A stretch of 64,000 nucleotides of DNA from Harriotta raleighana (Eukaryota): the NCBI GenBank assembly GCA_050575255.1, contig JBNZDD010013718.1, positions 3,030,113 through 3,094,112 on the forward strand, written 5' to 3'. A program made the translations under genes and the position numbers. The notes under the pieces were generated by a model, which saw nothing but the letters and a program-made list of their open reading frames with translations, made no database searches and had not been told where the DNA came from. Shown in pieces: positions 52,246-64,000 of the stretch (position 1 is the stretch's first letter; each line of letters opens with the position of its first letter).

Positions 52246-55139
52246 TGTACTTGAATCCTCTTTAATGCAACAGTTTCAATTGGAGCAATTTAAAATGAAT
52301 CAGGTAGTTTCTTATATGAAGACTGCACGCACATAACAAGTTAAATAAAAAGAAACCTGTCCTGTGGCAGGTACTCTCAGTGCAAATGTTTCCACATTGT
52401 AATACTTGAATTAAGGAAGACAAAATGATTGTGCTCATCCGGGCAAGTTAAATAGCGCGGTCCAAAAGCACACACAGAATCTGAGATGTTGTACTTGGGT
52501 AGTAAATAGAGGTCGGGGGAAAAAAAAAAGACTTTTTAAAGTACTTCTGCATTATTGCACATTAAGCGCGAAGATAAAGTGTATGATGGCACATAGAAGG
52601 TTAATTTACAGTATCCTGCAGGGATAGCACTGTGTGCTGCCAGGATGTGAGATTAAATTCAATTGTTTATAGAGTCTTAGCGTTCTACTTTTTTTTAACA
52701 AACGATGCAGCTGTAACACTTCATCGTCTCTTGTGTTTCCCTCCTTTCTGATTGCCTGGATGACAACTATTGTAATCTAACTAACAGGAACTGCCTGTCC
52801 AGGGAATCCACCCATTTCCACTTTACGTTTGGCTATCTCAGTCCTTCCAGCTGGACACAAAGGCAGGATAAAAGGCCCTTAATTCGAAATAAGATCTACA
52901 GTAAATCTTCTGAAATACTTCAACCATGGATAGGCGGGAACACGTTCCTCTACTGCAGCATGTTGGCACAGAAAGTAAAGGGATTTCTTCAGTTCTAAAC
53001 AGAACCTGTTGATAGCCTTGATGTAGACCTTTACAGCCTCACACTACCTGACATGTAAAGCTGCCAACCACAAGTGCATTGTGCTTTCTTAGGTCTTGGT
53101 CGAGGCTTTAGGTGAACGTCTCATGACTTGAATGATAACTGGTGCGGACTCTGTCCCTCCACAGCATGTGCCATCTGTTAAATGAGGAAGGAGCTCACCA
53201 AGGCCGCTCGCTCACGCTGTAAACTAAAGGAGGCTGCTTGAAAAAGGTGTAGGGCAGAGGTGTGTCTGGTGAAACATCAGCCTATCTTTCTGATCTTGTG
53301 AAAGGAAAGGTAGAACAGTCTTTGAGGGTAAAAGAATGACAAGCCTTATGTCAAGAGTAAAGGAAAACTAGCAGAACAGTTACCATTGCTACCTGATTGC
53401 CTGGAACATTAAGAATCCCTAGACCAAAGTAGCTTCCAAATTTAAAGAGTAAATTTGAAAGTAAAACGATACTGAAATGATTTTAACAACAGCATCTGAT
53501 AAAAAAAATTACTATCTCAGATATAGATTTATTACTTTGGACAGATTGTAAAAGAACCTTGAAGTGGTGGTCATTACGCTTGCAATATGCCCTCAGTCCC
53601 CAAACTACATCTCAATCTGTCTGTCTAATGCTTTCTAATATTAAATTGATATTCAAACATTATTTGAATGAAGTGATTTACATTCATGGATCTTAAAATG
53701 AAACAACACTTAGCTATTTTATGGTCCACATAAGTGGTTGCATTTTCCTTCAATGTTTCCAACATGAGGTACTGAATATGCATTTAAAGGTTCCTAGTAA
53801 AGATGTAACTAATACAAACTATTTAGTAATATGAGGTTATTTTACATTTTATTACATTCAGAATGGAGCAGTTATCAACTTAGTTGGTTAGACGGACAGG
53901 GTTATTTTTGTGCCTTACAGATTTTGATTCCCCAAAGTAATATCAGCCATAGTCGTGTGTGTAAAAAGGTTTTGTCAATTTCTTAGCTGCTGATTTGAGG
54001 GTAATCTCGAAGGTGTTAGTCTGACAATTCGAGGGGAGCCCATGGGATTGGGAGTCTTATCACTGTCATCCACCTGGCAGGTTGTAAGCTGGCTGTCGTG
54101 TTTGGAACTCCAGATGTAAGATTCCCACTGTGTAGGTTTACACACCTGTCTCAGCTTCACCATTGGAAAGACGATCACACCTTGCACAATATGGAACAAT
54201 GATAACCTTCAGGCAAACTGGAAAGGTTTTTTTCTTACAAAACATGAAACTCTATGCAAACCGCTTCAAACGTACTGCATTTTCATTCCATTGCTAGATT
54301 TGTATGGTTTCTGAATGATTATGAATTGCTAATGACCGGGAGTTTGCTGTTGAACTGGAAATATAAAGGTATTTGATTGGAGTGAACCTCGTTTACAATA
54401 CTCCAATGAAAAGTGATATTGGCCTGTACAAGATTTCATACAGTTATATTGATGGACATTTCGCTCTTGAATATTTCACTCTGACTCTCGTTCAGCCTGA
54501 CTCTTCTGCGTTTTCACTCTTGTTCTCCAAAGCAAGTGTTTTGATTGTTCCAAATGACATTGAATCTATTATCTATATCTCTTATCTAGCAGAATGTGCC
54601 ACTGATATTGCAACATATAACCTTGGAAGCTTTTTCCACCAAACAATCTCTAACTTAAGTTGGGGCTCAATCTGTGAGGCCGAATTGGTGGCATCCGCCT
54701 GGAAACTGGGCAAATTTACTGTTGACTTGTCAGGTAGTAATTTGCCGTCAACGGTAAATTAAGCCATCCAATTGAAAGTTCAATAGAATTATGCAAATGT
54801 AAGAGCTTAACAACCAGAAATGAATCACTTGACCTTTGTTAATGAGTGCAGCTTATTGTGCACTGGCAGTAAAACAAGAAAATGGCTTGCAAACCCCAAA
54901 TTACCTCCAAGCCACGCTTCAGGGAAAAGGAACTGTGTGTGTTAGTCAACCAATTTCTTAAACAGTGAGATGGTATTCTTAGATCCCTCAATAAATATCA
55001 GGTGAATGCATGGGCTTAAGTAAGCAAAACATTGGTGGTGTCCTTTGTTACCAGAGATGCAGAGGACTGCAAGAAAAGTGCGATGATTAGAGGCGAAAGG
55101 CTGATTTGTGGCACCCCGCCAAAAACAGTCTCAGTGTTG

Positions 55140-55295
55140 GTGTCAGTCTGGCTCAGGTGACAGCACTTTTGCCTCTGAGTTAGAAAGTTGTGGGTTCAAA
55201 TCCCAAGTCAGTATTTTGAACTCACATAGTTATGACTGACACAACAGAGCAATGCTGAGGGTATTCTGCATTTTTGGATGTACTGAACTTTCCCA
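55140..55295 (+). mobile_element. DeuSINE 5' part (tRNA-like head)
   Basis: gtgtcagtctggctcaggtgacagcacttttgcctctgagttagaaagttgtgggttcaaatccc, followed by ctgacac...tgctgagggt. Confidence 0.75.
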
Positions 55296-56739
55296 TGATC
55301 TGTGTTTTGGTTGAATACTGAGAATAAACAGTTATTTTATTCATATTAAAATTGGAATCCAGCTGCTCTACGGTTGCACTATGTTCTGCACTTTCCGAAG
55401 TGCTCTGACACAACGTTACTCTTCTAAACTCTGGGAACCTCTCAGTGTGTGCATTCAGAGAGTGATCAATATTATATCAATTAGTTGATACCTATGCAAC
55501 CAATTGTAGGCTTTATGCTCTTGATCAGTTTAACGTTTGGTCATGTCCCTTTAAATCAGATTAAAGCAATCCCACTTTGCTCTCAGATTTCCTAAAATAC
55601 GCCTGTGATTGTGTCATTGTGCATGTTAATGACGCCCTACAATTGTATAAATCACAGTAGATTTGTATTTAGTAGAAAATGTATGGTATCTATCTGATAA
55701 AGTATTAGTGTAAGTGAATGGGAGCTTTCGACCCCTGCATTAGTGTGACTTATAGCATGCACACATCGTGTACAAAATACAAAAAGTGGCAAGCTGGTTA
55801 ATTTAGTCAGATCCATTCCTTTAGTGATTGGTATTTTAGTCACCACAAACTGATCCATGGTGACTTGGAATAACTCAATGTGGTATCACATGGATGCAGT
55901 AATGGGACTAGGATCAGTAGAAAATCACTGCTGTAAACAATAATGTGGAAAAAAAACATTATTGCATATGGGAAGATTGAAACACATCCAATGTTTTGAA
56001 TTTTAAAAAAAATCACATCTCCTTTTGCTCTTATCTTGTAACTAGGTTCAACTTAATTTCCTTTCGGGAAACAATGTAGGACGTGGCATTTTCTAGTATG
56101 TAACAACAACCATTTTGCAGTTACCTAGTGCCTTTTATGTCAGGAGGACATTCTCAAAATAGGTTGAAAACAAAAGTCTTAAAAACCTTACAAATATGTA
56201 CTGTACATAGCACTGTGATAGATCTTCAAATTTTGCTGTTCAGCCTTATTCTTGAACTGTTGAGCCAGTGGTTAACCAAACTGTGTTCTTTGTATTTTGG
56301 TTAAATCCTAGCAAAGTGGACTTTGCAAATGTCGATGAAAATAGGGAAGTGATCATGAAAAGACACAGAGAGGGGAAAAAACATGAAACATAAAACCGTG
56401 ACTGGGATTCAGTGCTATGTTCTCTTTACATCTCTCCTGCAAATTAAGGCGAAGGAATATTACGAGAATCTTCATTACAACTCTGTTACCTGCAATGAAG
56501 GAAAGGAAAGGGCATAATTGTATGTAGAAGTACTATATTTAATAGAGTAATTGGTCTCGTCATTTTTTTTCTCCCTCCATGGTGACATGTCTGTCCTCCA
56601 AAGGTTAATTGATCATTAATCAATAATTACATCATGGTGAAGTGACTGACATGAGTAGCTCAACAATAAATTCTAACAATAATAGTGATAACAATAACCT
56701 TTGATATAGTGTCTTGCATGTTGAGAGGATGTTAAGTGG

Positions 56740-56930
56740 TGTCCTGTAGCTCAGTAGTTAGAGCAATCCGATTACAAGTGAGAGACCTGGGTTCGATTCC
56801 AGACAGGGTGAAACATTGGGCAAGTTTCATTATACCACATGCTTGATAATTGTCCCTCAAGAAGAAATCCAAGAATAAATTGGTCACTTCAATCCACGAC
56901 TATTTGTCGGCTACTGTTGTGCGCAATTGG
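56740..56930 (+). mobile_element. Short tRNA-derived SINE, 5' two-thirds
   Basis: A box TAGCTCAGTAG, perfect B box GGTTCGATTCC (56790-56800), and a body co-linear with 16240 and 19445. Confidence 0.85.
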
Positions 56931-58153
56931 GTAGCAAAGGGTGTGTTTCAAAGTGTGGTTAGCTTCTTTTATTAAGTTCAAGAATTCATATTGCTAAGGC
57001 ATCCATAAGCAATGCATCTTTCACTCCCGACGTGAAAGGTGCTCTATAAGTATCATTTTGTTTTTGTTATTGATGATTTGTATCAGAGATCCTGCTATTT
57101 CAGAGGCCATATACCACAATCCTATTGCAAATATAAAATGTCTTGAGAATAACTTGGTTGAATCCAAGAATGGAATGATATGCATCATTATTTTGGGATC
57201 TGTGACTAAAGCTTAATGCAAGTTATATAATACATCACCTTCATTTAATAGAAAGATGCACACTAGGAGGGCACGAGTGAGATACGTCGCTTAGTAACCT
57301 TTATTCCTGGAAAGGCATTTAGGAAAGTACTGATGTGTAAAGATTTCGAACCCATTAAATTCTAAAACTTTAAATAATTTAGCATATGAGTGTAATTGTT
57401 TTCAAAATGATTAACGCTGACGCTAAAATAATGTAATAAAGAGATGCAGCATCTGAACATTTAATGTTACCAATAATAAAAGACAGTCGGCAGGTCAATT
57501 GCTGAATTTTTAATGGTTGTTTAAATCATATGGACAAAATTATTCACCTATTTTAGATGTTAGGAGCTGTGGCGTAATACCTACTGATTACTTGTAAAGT
57601 TATATTATTTCTAAGGATGGGTTTGGGTTTTTATTGGACGTAGTGAACATAAATAAAGGTATTTGCAAAAACTTAACTCAAACGGTGTCAGGCTCTCCAC
57701 TTTCTACAATGCTTGAAATATGGGCATTGTGAGCCAACTGTAAACTTTGCGTAAATTGTAGATGTATTATGCGCCATGTGCAAATGCAAGCATGTGCAAT
57801 TAATTCCGCAATTCACAGCCAAAGAAAAGGATTGTCTCCTCTATAGTGGCACATTAGGTTGTGAATGGATCATTTCAAAATGTTTAGCACTGCGCTGGTA
57901 GATTGATTATGGGCAGGAAGGCATCACGGAATTAAAGCGATCTGATTAACACAACATAATAACACGTTCATTTCCAATGCAGAAAATGAAGCACTTATGA
58001 TTTTCTTCTGGCAGAATTCCCTCTGGTGCAGTTTACAGAGCCGATGATGTGCTTGATATGCCAATGCCGTCATGAACAATCATGACGTGATAATGCCTCT
58101 GTTGGGTAATATGGATGTTATGCAGAGCAAAAACCAACGTTTCTTAATGTACG

Positions 58154-58265
58154 TTGATCACAAGGTTAGTTTCAATTAAAAGGGCTCTTTGTACCATCCG
58201 ATCTGATCCCTATGATCTTCCAATCGATCAAGCTGTTTTTTTAAAAAATGAGTTCAGTGTCCTAC
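58154..58265 (-). mobile_element. CR1 3' tail fragment
   Basis: gatcacaagg...aagggctc...atctgatcc...atcaagctgttt...aatgag is the reverse complement of 21945-22068. Confidence 0.65.
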
Positions 58266-61184
58266 GCGTGTATTACAACGTTCCGTAGCATCGACTGAAC
58301 TGTCTATAATGAAAATATATTATTGACAATAATTCCTGCATTTGATATAGTATCTTAGCACGTCTTCGAGACGTCTTAATGCTCTTCGCAGAATATATTG
58401 TAAAGTGAATTGACTGTTTATTTTGTGGGAGATTGAACATCATATACACCGCAAGTGTACCTTCAAAACTTCATCTGAAGCTATCTGCTGAAGGACGTTT
58501 ACCACTGATCGAATCTGCTTTTTTTCCCCCACGAGATTTCAACCAAAGCAAAGCTTTGAATCTGGTTGATGTGACTCCACACCAATACCAACTTGTTTAC
58601 TGAGGTCTGTTCACTCACTGTCCTCAACCTTAGCATCTTATTATATCATATTCACTACAGTTATGAACATATCATGTCAACAACCTGCTGCATTCATAAA
58701 ATCTTACTAACCACCAGTGGGAGGTAGACTTCATTGAATATTCCTGGATGCTTCTAGATTCAGATTTTGATAGATTAACTGTGGTGTGCATCACTGAGCT
58801 TTATTTTAATGCTAAAATAAAATTCTAGACTGGGCACAGATTTGCCCTTTTTATTTATTATAACCACCAGTTATTAATTTTAATTGGAGAGATAATATGT
58901 GGCCTGGCATTTACATCTGTTCACAGTTTCTATATGCCAGGACACCAAATAGTGAGTTCAGTGTTGCTCTCTCATAGATGACACAGCTCTAAGAACATAT
59001 TCTTATTCTCATATTTTCTGCGTCGTATTTTTCTCAAAGGAATAATTTCTATGATTTTTAATGCAGTTACATTTTTAAAAAGCACGCTTAAACCATGTAA
59101 CAGATTGACAGCTACACAAATACATCACATAATTATTGAGGCAGTGCAACAGATACCATCTGCTAGCAGAATTGATCTAAGTACTCTAAGAATCAATTCA
59201 AATCGGCAGATTATCATTGTTCTGCAAACTAATCTTTGTCCATTACCATACATTGTACAGAAACATCAAGTTCTCTGGTGTTATAAATGGCAATCTGCCA
59301 ATGCTCTGTGTGAAAGAGGCCGCAGAGAGTGTCATTAATAATGTAGAGTATGCCAGGTACTCTTTTGAACAGTGAACGCTGAAGGAACAATTGAACCCAA
59401 GGACGCTTTGACTTTTTGCCTACACATCACAGGGACACTTTTTTGACAGTGCCATGGTTTTAACAGTTGCAAGCTCATTGGCTTTTAAGCTTAGCAGCAC
59501 AGATCAACACTGTCATACATCCATTTGCCTGCGGAGAAGGCTATTGAATTGAAGTGGAATCGAAAGGCAGATACAATCATATTCTAGCAACTCAATAATT
59601 CTGCAATGCATTATAAAAGACTAGAAAAATATTGCATTTAACATTTGATGTGATCAAAAATAACTAGTATTGAATTGAAAATCAGATGCAATCAGATTTT
59701 GGCATCAGAAAAGTTTCAGGTCCACATCTTGCTTTGACTGGAAATAGATTAAGTTTTCAAAAGGTTGCAGTTGAAAAACGATTCACTAAAATTTAATACT
59801 GAATACTAAGGAACATTTCTGAAGCTTGTAAAATCACAATTTACAAAACTTCCGCTGAAAGTTTTTGCACCTCCACCAGCACAATCGCAGAAGTCAAGGA
59901 AACAGGCTGCTAATGATTGGCTTGTGGAGATTTCAGACTAAGTGAGGAACTCATTCACTTTGTTGCTGCTGGGCTTTTGAGTGACTGGAATGTAGACTAC
60001 AATATTTAAACTGTTACCAGAATTTTTTTTAACTCGCCCGATTTCCAATTTGTAGTTATTAATAAATTGAGTATTTATAAATGGTACACATATACTGTAT
60101 TACACACATGGCAGAGTGTGGAGAGAAAGATTGTTCAGCAATATATTCTGCCATTAGCTTTTTTTTAACCAACTCAATAAATTGACAAATTTGAATATTG
60201 TTTTTTTATTTGACTGTGATTTGTACACAACAATTCATAGCATCTCAAAGCATTACATACAACTGTTTTATCTAAAATGTAGTATTGGGTGCAGGTTGGC
60301 AGGAAAGAAGGCTTGGGAACCCCATTGTATGCATTGAGATACTGCTGGAGTTCAACCAGCTAAAACCATATTATGAGTGGTGTCCATCAAGCTTCCAGCT
60401 AATTGTCTTGCTAGGACTACACAACTGGTTAGGGCTTTGGCTCACAGGGTTCACAGGAACTGGATAGGAAGAATCTCACAGCCCAAGAAGTCCTCATTTA
60501 CTTCAACTCAACTCCTAGGAGGAATGCGAAATCTAAGATGGCCACACTCAGGGATTTGCTGTAGTCTTTGGTAGATACCATTACTCAGGAGTCAGGGGTA
60601 TCCCAAAACATGTACTTACTATGTTCCTTAACCAAGGAATAAAATGCATTTAGAAATTCTGCAGTTTCGAGCTCCCTTAGCATTTTATTGCATTTAATGT
60701 TTTTACAGTGCTACGGATGGTTAGACATTCCCCTTTAAAATGATAAACTGTGATTGCTTGTAATTTCAGTCAATTGATCACTCTTGCCCTTTCCGAAAGC
60801 AAAGCTTAATGTCACAGATCTGGAACCGATTAAGCGGGTCTCATCGTTTGCGAGCTTCCATGCACTATTTCCTCACAAGAAGGTAAAACCAGAAGGAATG
60901 GCCTCCACAAGCACTGAGCCTGCCTGTGCTTTTAAATACTACCATGGGAGCTTTCCCTCAAAAACAAAGATTTTAAGAAGCACAGAGACGTTTGGCTGAC
61001 CACAAAATAAGCTTTAAGATAAACTCACTCTTCAAAGGGAAATTGCCACTTTATCCTGTGATATTTGTCAACTGACATCGTACGTTTGCACAATAAACAA
61101 ATGATGATCAAAGCAGTTCTAATGCCCCTTAGGGCAGATGAAAATTGCCTTTTTCAGTACAAATATTTGTTTGGCGCATTAAGT

Positions 61185-61503
61185 GGCCAACGTGTTTGCT
61201 TCGTATAATTGACCAAATGAAATGGCTACATTTAGTTTAGCAACCTACTTTTTTTTTTCCTTTTTCCTTTCCTATTTAATAGAGCAGATAAAATGTCATG
61301 CATCATCACCCAGCGATTGATTGAAACCAATTTTGTATGAAATANGGCCAACGTGTTTGCTTCGTATAATTGACCAAATGAAATGGCTACATTTAGTTTA
61401 GCAACCTACTTTTTTTTTTCCTTTTTCCTTTCCTATTCAATAGAGCAGATAAAATGTCATGCATCATCACCAGCGATTGATTGAAACCCATTTTGTATGA
61501 AAT
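61185..61503. other. About 159 bp duplication flanking a single N (probable artefact)
   Basis: 61185-61343 is nearly identical to 61346-61503, with three small differences; N at 61345. Confidence 0.85.
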
Positions 61504-61694
61504 GAACAAAATATATGGCTAAAAGTTGCTTCTGCACCCAAGCAAGAAGTCCATTCATAGATACTGAAGAAAGATTAAGGGAATGGTAATGAAGATGTTA
61601 GCACGTGCAACAAATCTGTACGAAGGTATTATTTGTGTTGAATGAGCTATGGAGGTGAAAAAAACCATCATCTTGAAACTTGCGTGCAACTTAG

Positions 61695-62475
61695 GCATTA
61701 GATTCAATCCCCAGTTATCCTTCCTCCACCACATCCCTCACCATCATCTTCCATCTCCGCAATATTGCCTGTCCCCACCAATAGCTTACCCCAACAGCTG
61801 CTGAAACTCTGATCCATACTTTTATCATCTCTTGGCTGGACTATTACAGTGCACTCCTTGCTGAACTCCCCTCCTCCACAAGAAAACATCTCATACAAAA
61901 CTCTGCCACCTGCATTCTCACCCACACCAAACTTTGTACCCCGATTACTCCAGTCCTTGCTAAACTGCACTGGCTCCCTGTCACAGAGCAGATTACCTTC
62001 AAGATCCTCACTCTTGTGTTTAAATCCCTTCACTTCTCTGCAAACCCCTATCTCTCTACCCTCCTCTCTCCTGGATCCAGTCCAGAATCCTTTGCTCCAC
62101 CAACGGTGGCTGTGCTTTCAGCCATTAGGCCCCGAAACTTTAGAACTTCCTCCCTCAACCCCTTTGCCTCANAACCCCTATCTCTCTACCCTCCTCTCTC
62201 CTGGATCCAGTCCAGAATCCTTCGCTCCACCATCGGTGGCTGTGCTTTCAGCCATTAGGCCCCGAAACTTTAGAATTCCCTCCCTCAACCCCTTTGCCTC
62301 ACCCCCTCCTTTCCCACCTGCAGATTGCACCTGAAGACCTTTTTCTTCGACTGCGCTTATGGTCACTTTCCCCCATCCCTTGGCTCAGCCTTGGGCTCCG
62401 CCATTGTGAAGCACTCTGAGACGCCACCCAACGCGGAAGGCTCTATATAAAAGTAAGTTGTTGATGTTGTTATTG
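61695..62475 (+). mobile_element. 5'-truncated decayed L2 LINE containing an N-flanked duplication
   Basis: FHLRNIA, AETLIH.FI.S.LDY and LHWLPV..QITFKILTL motifs across frames; tail gtgaagcactctgagacg...ggctctatataaaagtaagttgttg. 62043-62171 is duplicated at 62173-62301 around the N at 62172. Confidence 0.85.
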
Positions 62476-63799
62476 TGGTGATGGCCTCAAGGTCATGAAA
62501 TAGATCTATCCATTCATGAGTGCCACTACCATCTTTCATATGACTTGAGTCCATGCCTCTCCTTGGAAAACTCGATTGGGTTAGAATCCCCGTCTTGGTT
62601 TGAGTGATAACATCTCTCACCTTGCCAACTGTGAGAAAGAGGAGATGTGTGTAAAATAAATAAATAATGTTAAAAAAAATGTAAATCAATAGCAGCACAT
62701 TGTGATGTGTAAACTGGCACTGGGTCAATTAACAGGAGTCTGAAGTCCTTACAGTTCGATGTTCCAAAAAGTATCATTTAACGGATCAGCAAAGTTCATG
62801 AGTACCTGATGATGATAATTAACTGCTCCCTGCCTACATTTGAATTGGTTTGGAGTAGATTTCTCATTTTGGATGCGTACGTTGATTATGGATATTTAGC
62901 AGATATTGATAATATACTAATAATCATCATAATAATCCCAACATTCAATATAGCATATGAGGAGGATGACTTCATGGTATATACTGTAAAGTGTAACGAC
63001 TGTATATTTTGTACATACTATTAATCTGTGCCTTAATTCCATGCATAATATTAACATGAAGTAAAATGACAGAAACATAATGCCACACTCTGCAAATATC
63101 CTTCAAATACCTAGTATCCATCAGATAACATGTTACAGACACTTAACATTTGGGTAAGTTTGGCCAGCAAGTGCAATGCACTTTCAATTAATAATACTAA
63201 TATTCCTTACATTTGTTATAACATCTTGTCTCATTGTCGAGTTGTCTCAAAACACTTCACAGGATTTATTGTAAAGTTGTGTGACAGTATTTAGTGTGAA
63301 ACATAGCATTATTATTTTAATTATTTCATTATTACTTAAAGAGAAATTATTAGATCTGTAAACTGATTCTACAATATCATGTAAAAAAAGCTTTGGTTTA
63401 ATGACTTTAATTCTCCCCCTTTTCCTGATACCAGTGCTAATTTGAGGATGTTTCTTTCATGGTTCAAAGTTCTGATTTTCTCCTCAATGTTGACGATGAG
63501 AAAATTGGCTGTATTGGGTGGGAATTGTAAATCTTAAGGAAATGCAAATGAATGAGGAATGAAAGCACAAACCCTTGACTGATGCTCCAATGCTGCTTTA
63601 ATGAAGGGGAACATGATCAAAATGGTAAAACTGGATCAAATGATAGGATTAGGATACTTTAGCTGACAAAAGATATCTTGTGAAAAGAAAAAAAAATATT
63701 TGGGCTATTCATCCCTTATGTAAACTATGTAGAGAGCCAACATACCTGGGTGGAAATTATCAGTGTGATTAATTCAATCATTGAGACAGTGGGAGAGCT

Positions 63800-63990
63800 T
63801 GCACTAGTAAAGAAAATATGAATCAGGATTCCTGTTCCTGAATGCCAGACAGTGCCCTCTGCTTAGAGGCATGAGTGCAAATAGGTGACAGGATCAGATG
63901 TGGCTGTAATATCAACTGTGGTTCCATAGCCTGGAGACACTGACTATCTCAGGTCAAAGATAAACAATAATCACTTGAGCAAGATATTGA
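63800..63990 (+). mobile_element. Second old SINE family, decayed
   Basis: aatcaggattcctgttcctga...gacaggatcag...ggctgt...atagcctggagacactgact, homologous to 5160-5300. Confidence 0.55.
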
Positions 63991-64000
63991 AAAGTGTATT

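Noticed and set aside
56740-56812. tRNA gene (also 16240 and 55140)
   Set aside because: The A/B boxes continue into multi-copy SINE bodies and there is no intact acceptor stem; these are SINE heads.
60815-60890. Possible exon cacag|ATCTGG...AAGAAG|gtaaaa
   Set aside because: Poor pyrimidine tract and no recognisable peptide.
61849-62334. 161-aa ORF with an internal repeat
   Set aside because: Off-frame L2 remnant; the repeat comes from the N-flanked duplication.
1-64000. CRISPR arrays, operons or other prokaryotic systems; the short six-frame ORFs as genes
   Set aside because: Eukaryotic repeat-rich DNA with no regular repeat-spacer array. The 60-150 aa ORFs show no recognisable domains beyond LINE fragments.
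25378-64000. Excess of minus-strand SINE/L2 tails as evidence of + strand transcription
   Set aside because: By eye the bias is mild and the counts are too small and imprecise to support a claim.

Overview
This 64 kb window is AT-rich, CpG-depleted vertebrate DNA, intronic or intergenic, with no intact protein-coding gene that I can recognise. It contains tRNA-head DeuSINE/SacSINE1-like SINEs, a short SINE with an L2-type tail ending in (ATT)n, and 5'-truncated L2 and CR1 LINEs. From memory, this repeat set points to a cartilaginous fish, probably a chimaera; that is inference, not a database result. The longest ORFs are L2 reverse-transcriptase remnants. Between the repeats lie unique, CpG-retaining, motif-rich blocks that look like conserved non-coding elements. 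The best gene-like signal is a + strand TATA promoter and first exon at about 25071-25383, with a (GA)n tract, a uORF and a GTAAGT donor; the gene is unidentified. Other notable items are an intact 388 bp Tc1/mariner (pogo/Tigger-like) MITE, a few isolated candidate exons and a degenerate 9-nt repeat region at about 32.3-32.9 kb. Four single-N-flanked duplications are probably assembly artefacts. I found no convincing novel multi-gene system. Repeat boundaries are approximate and read by eye.
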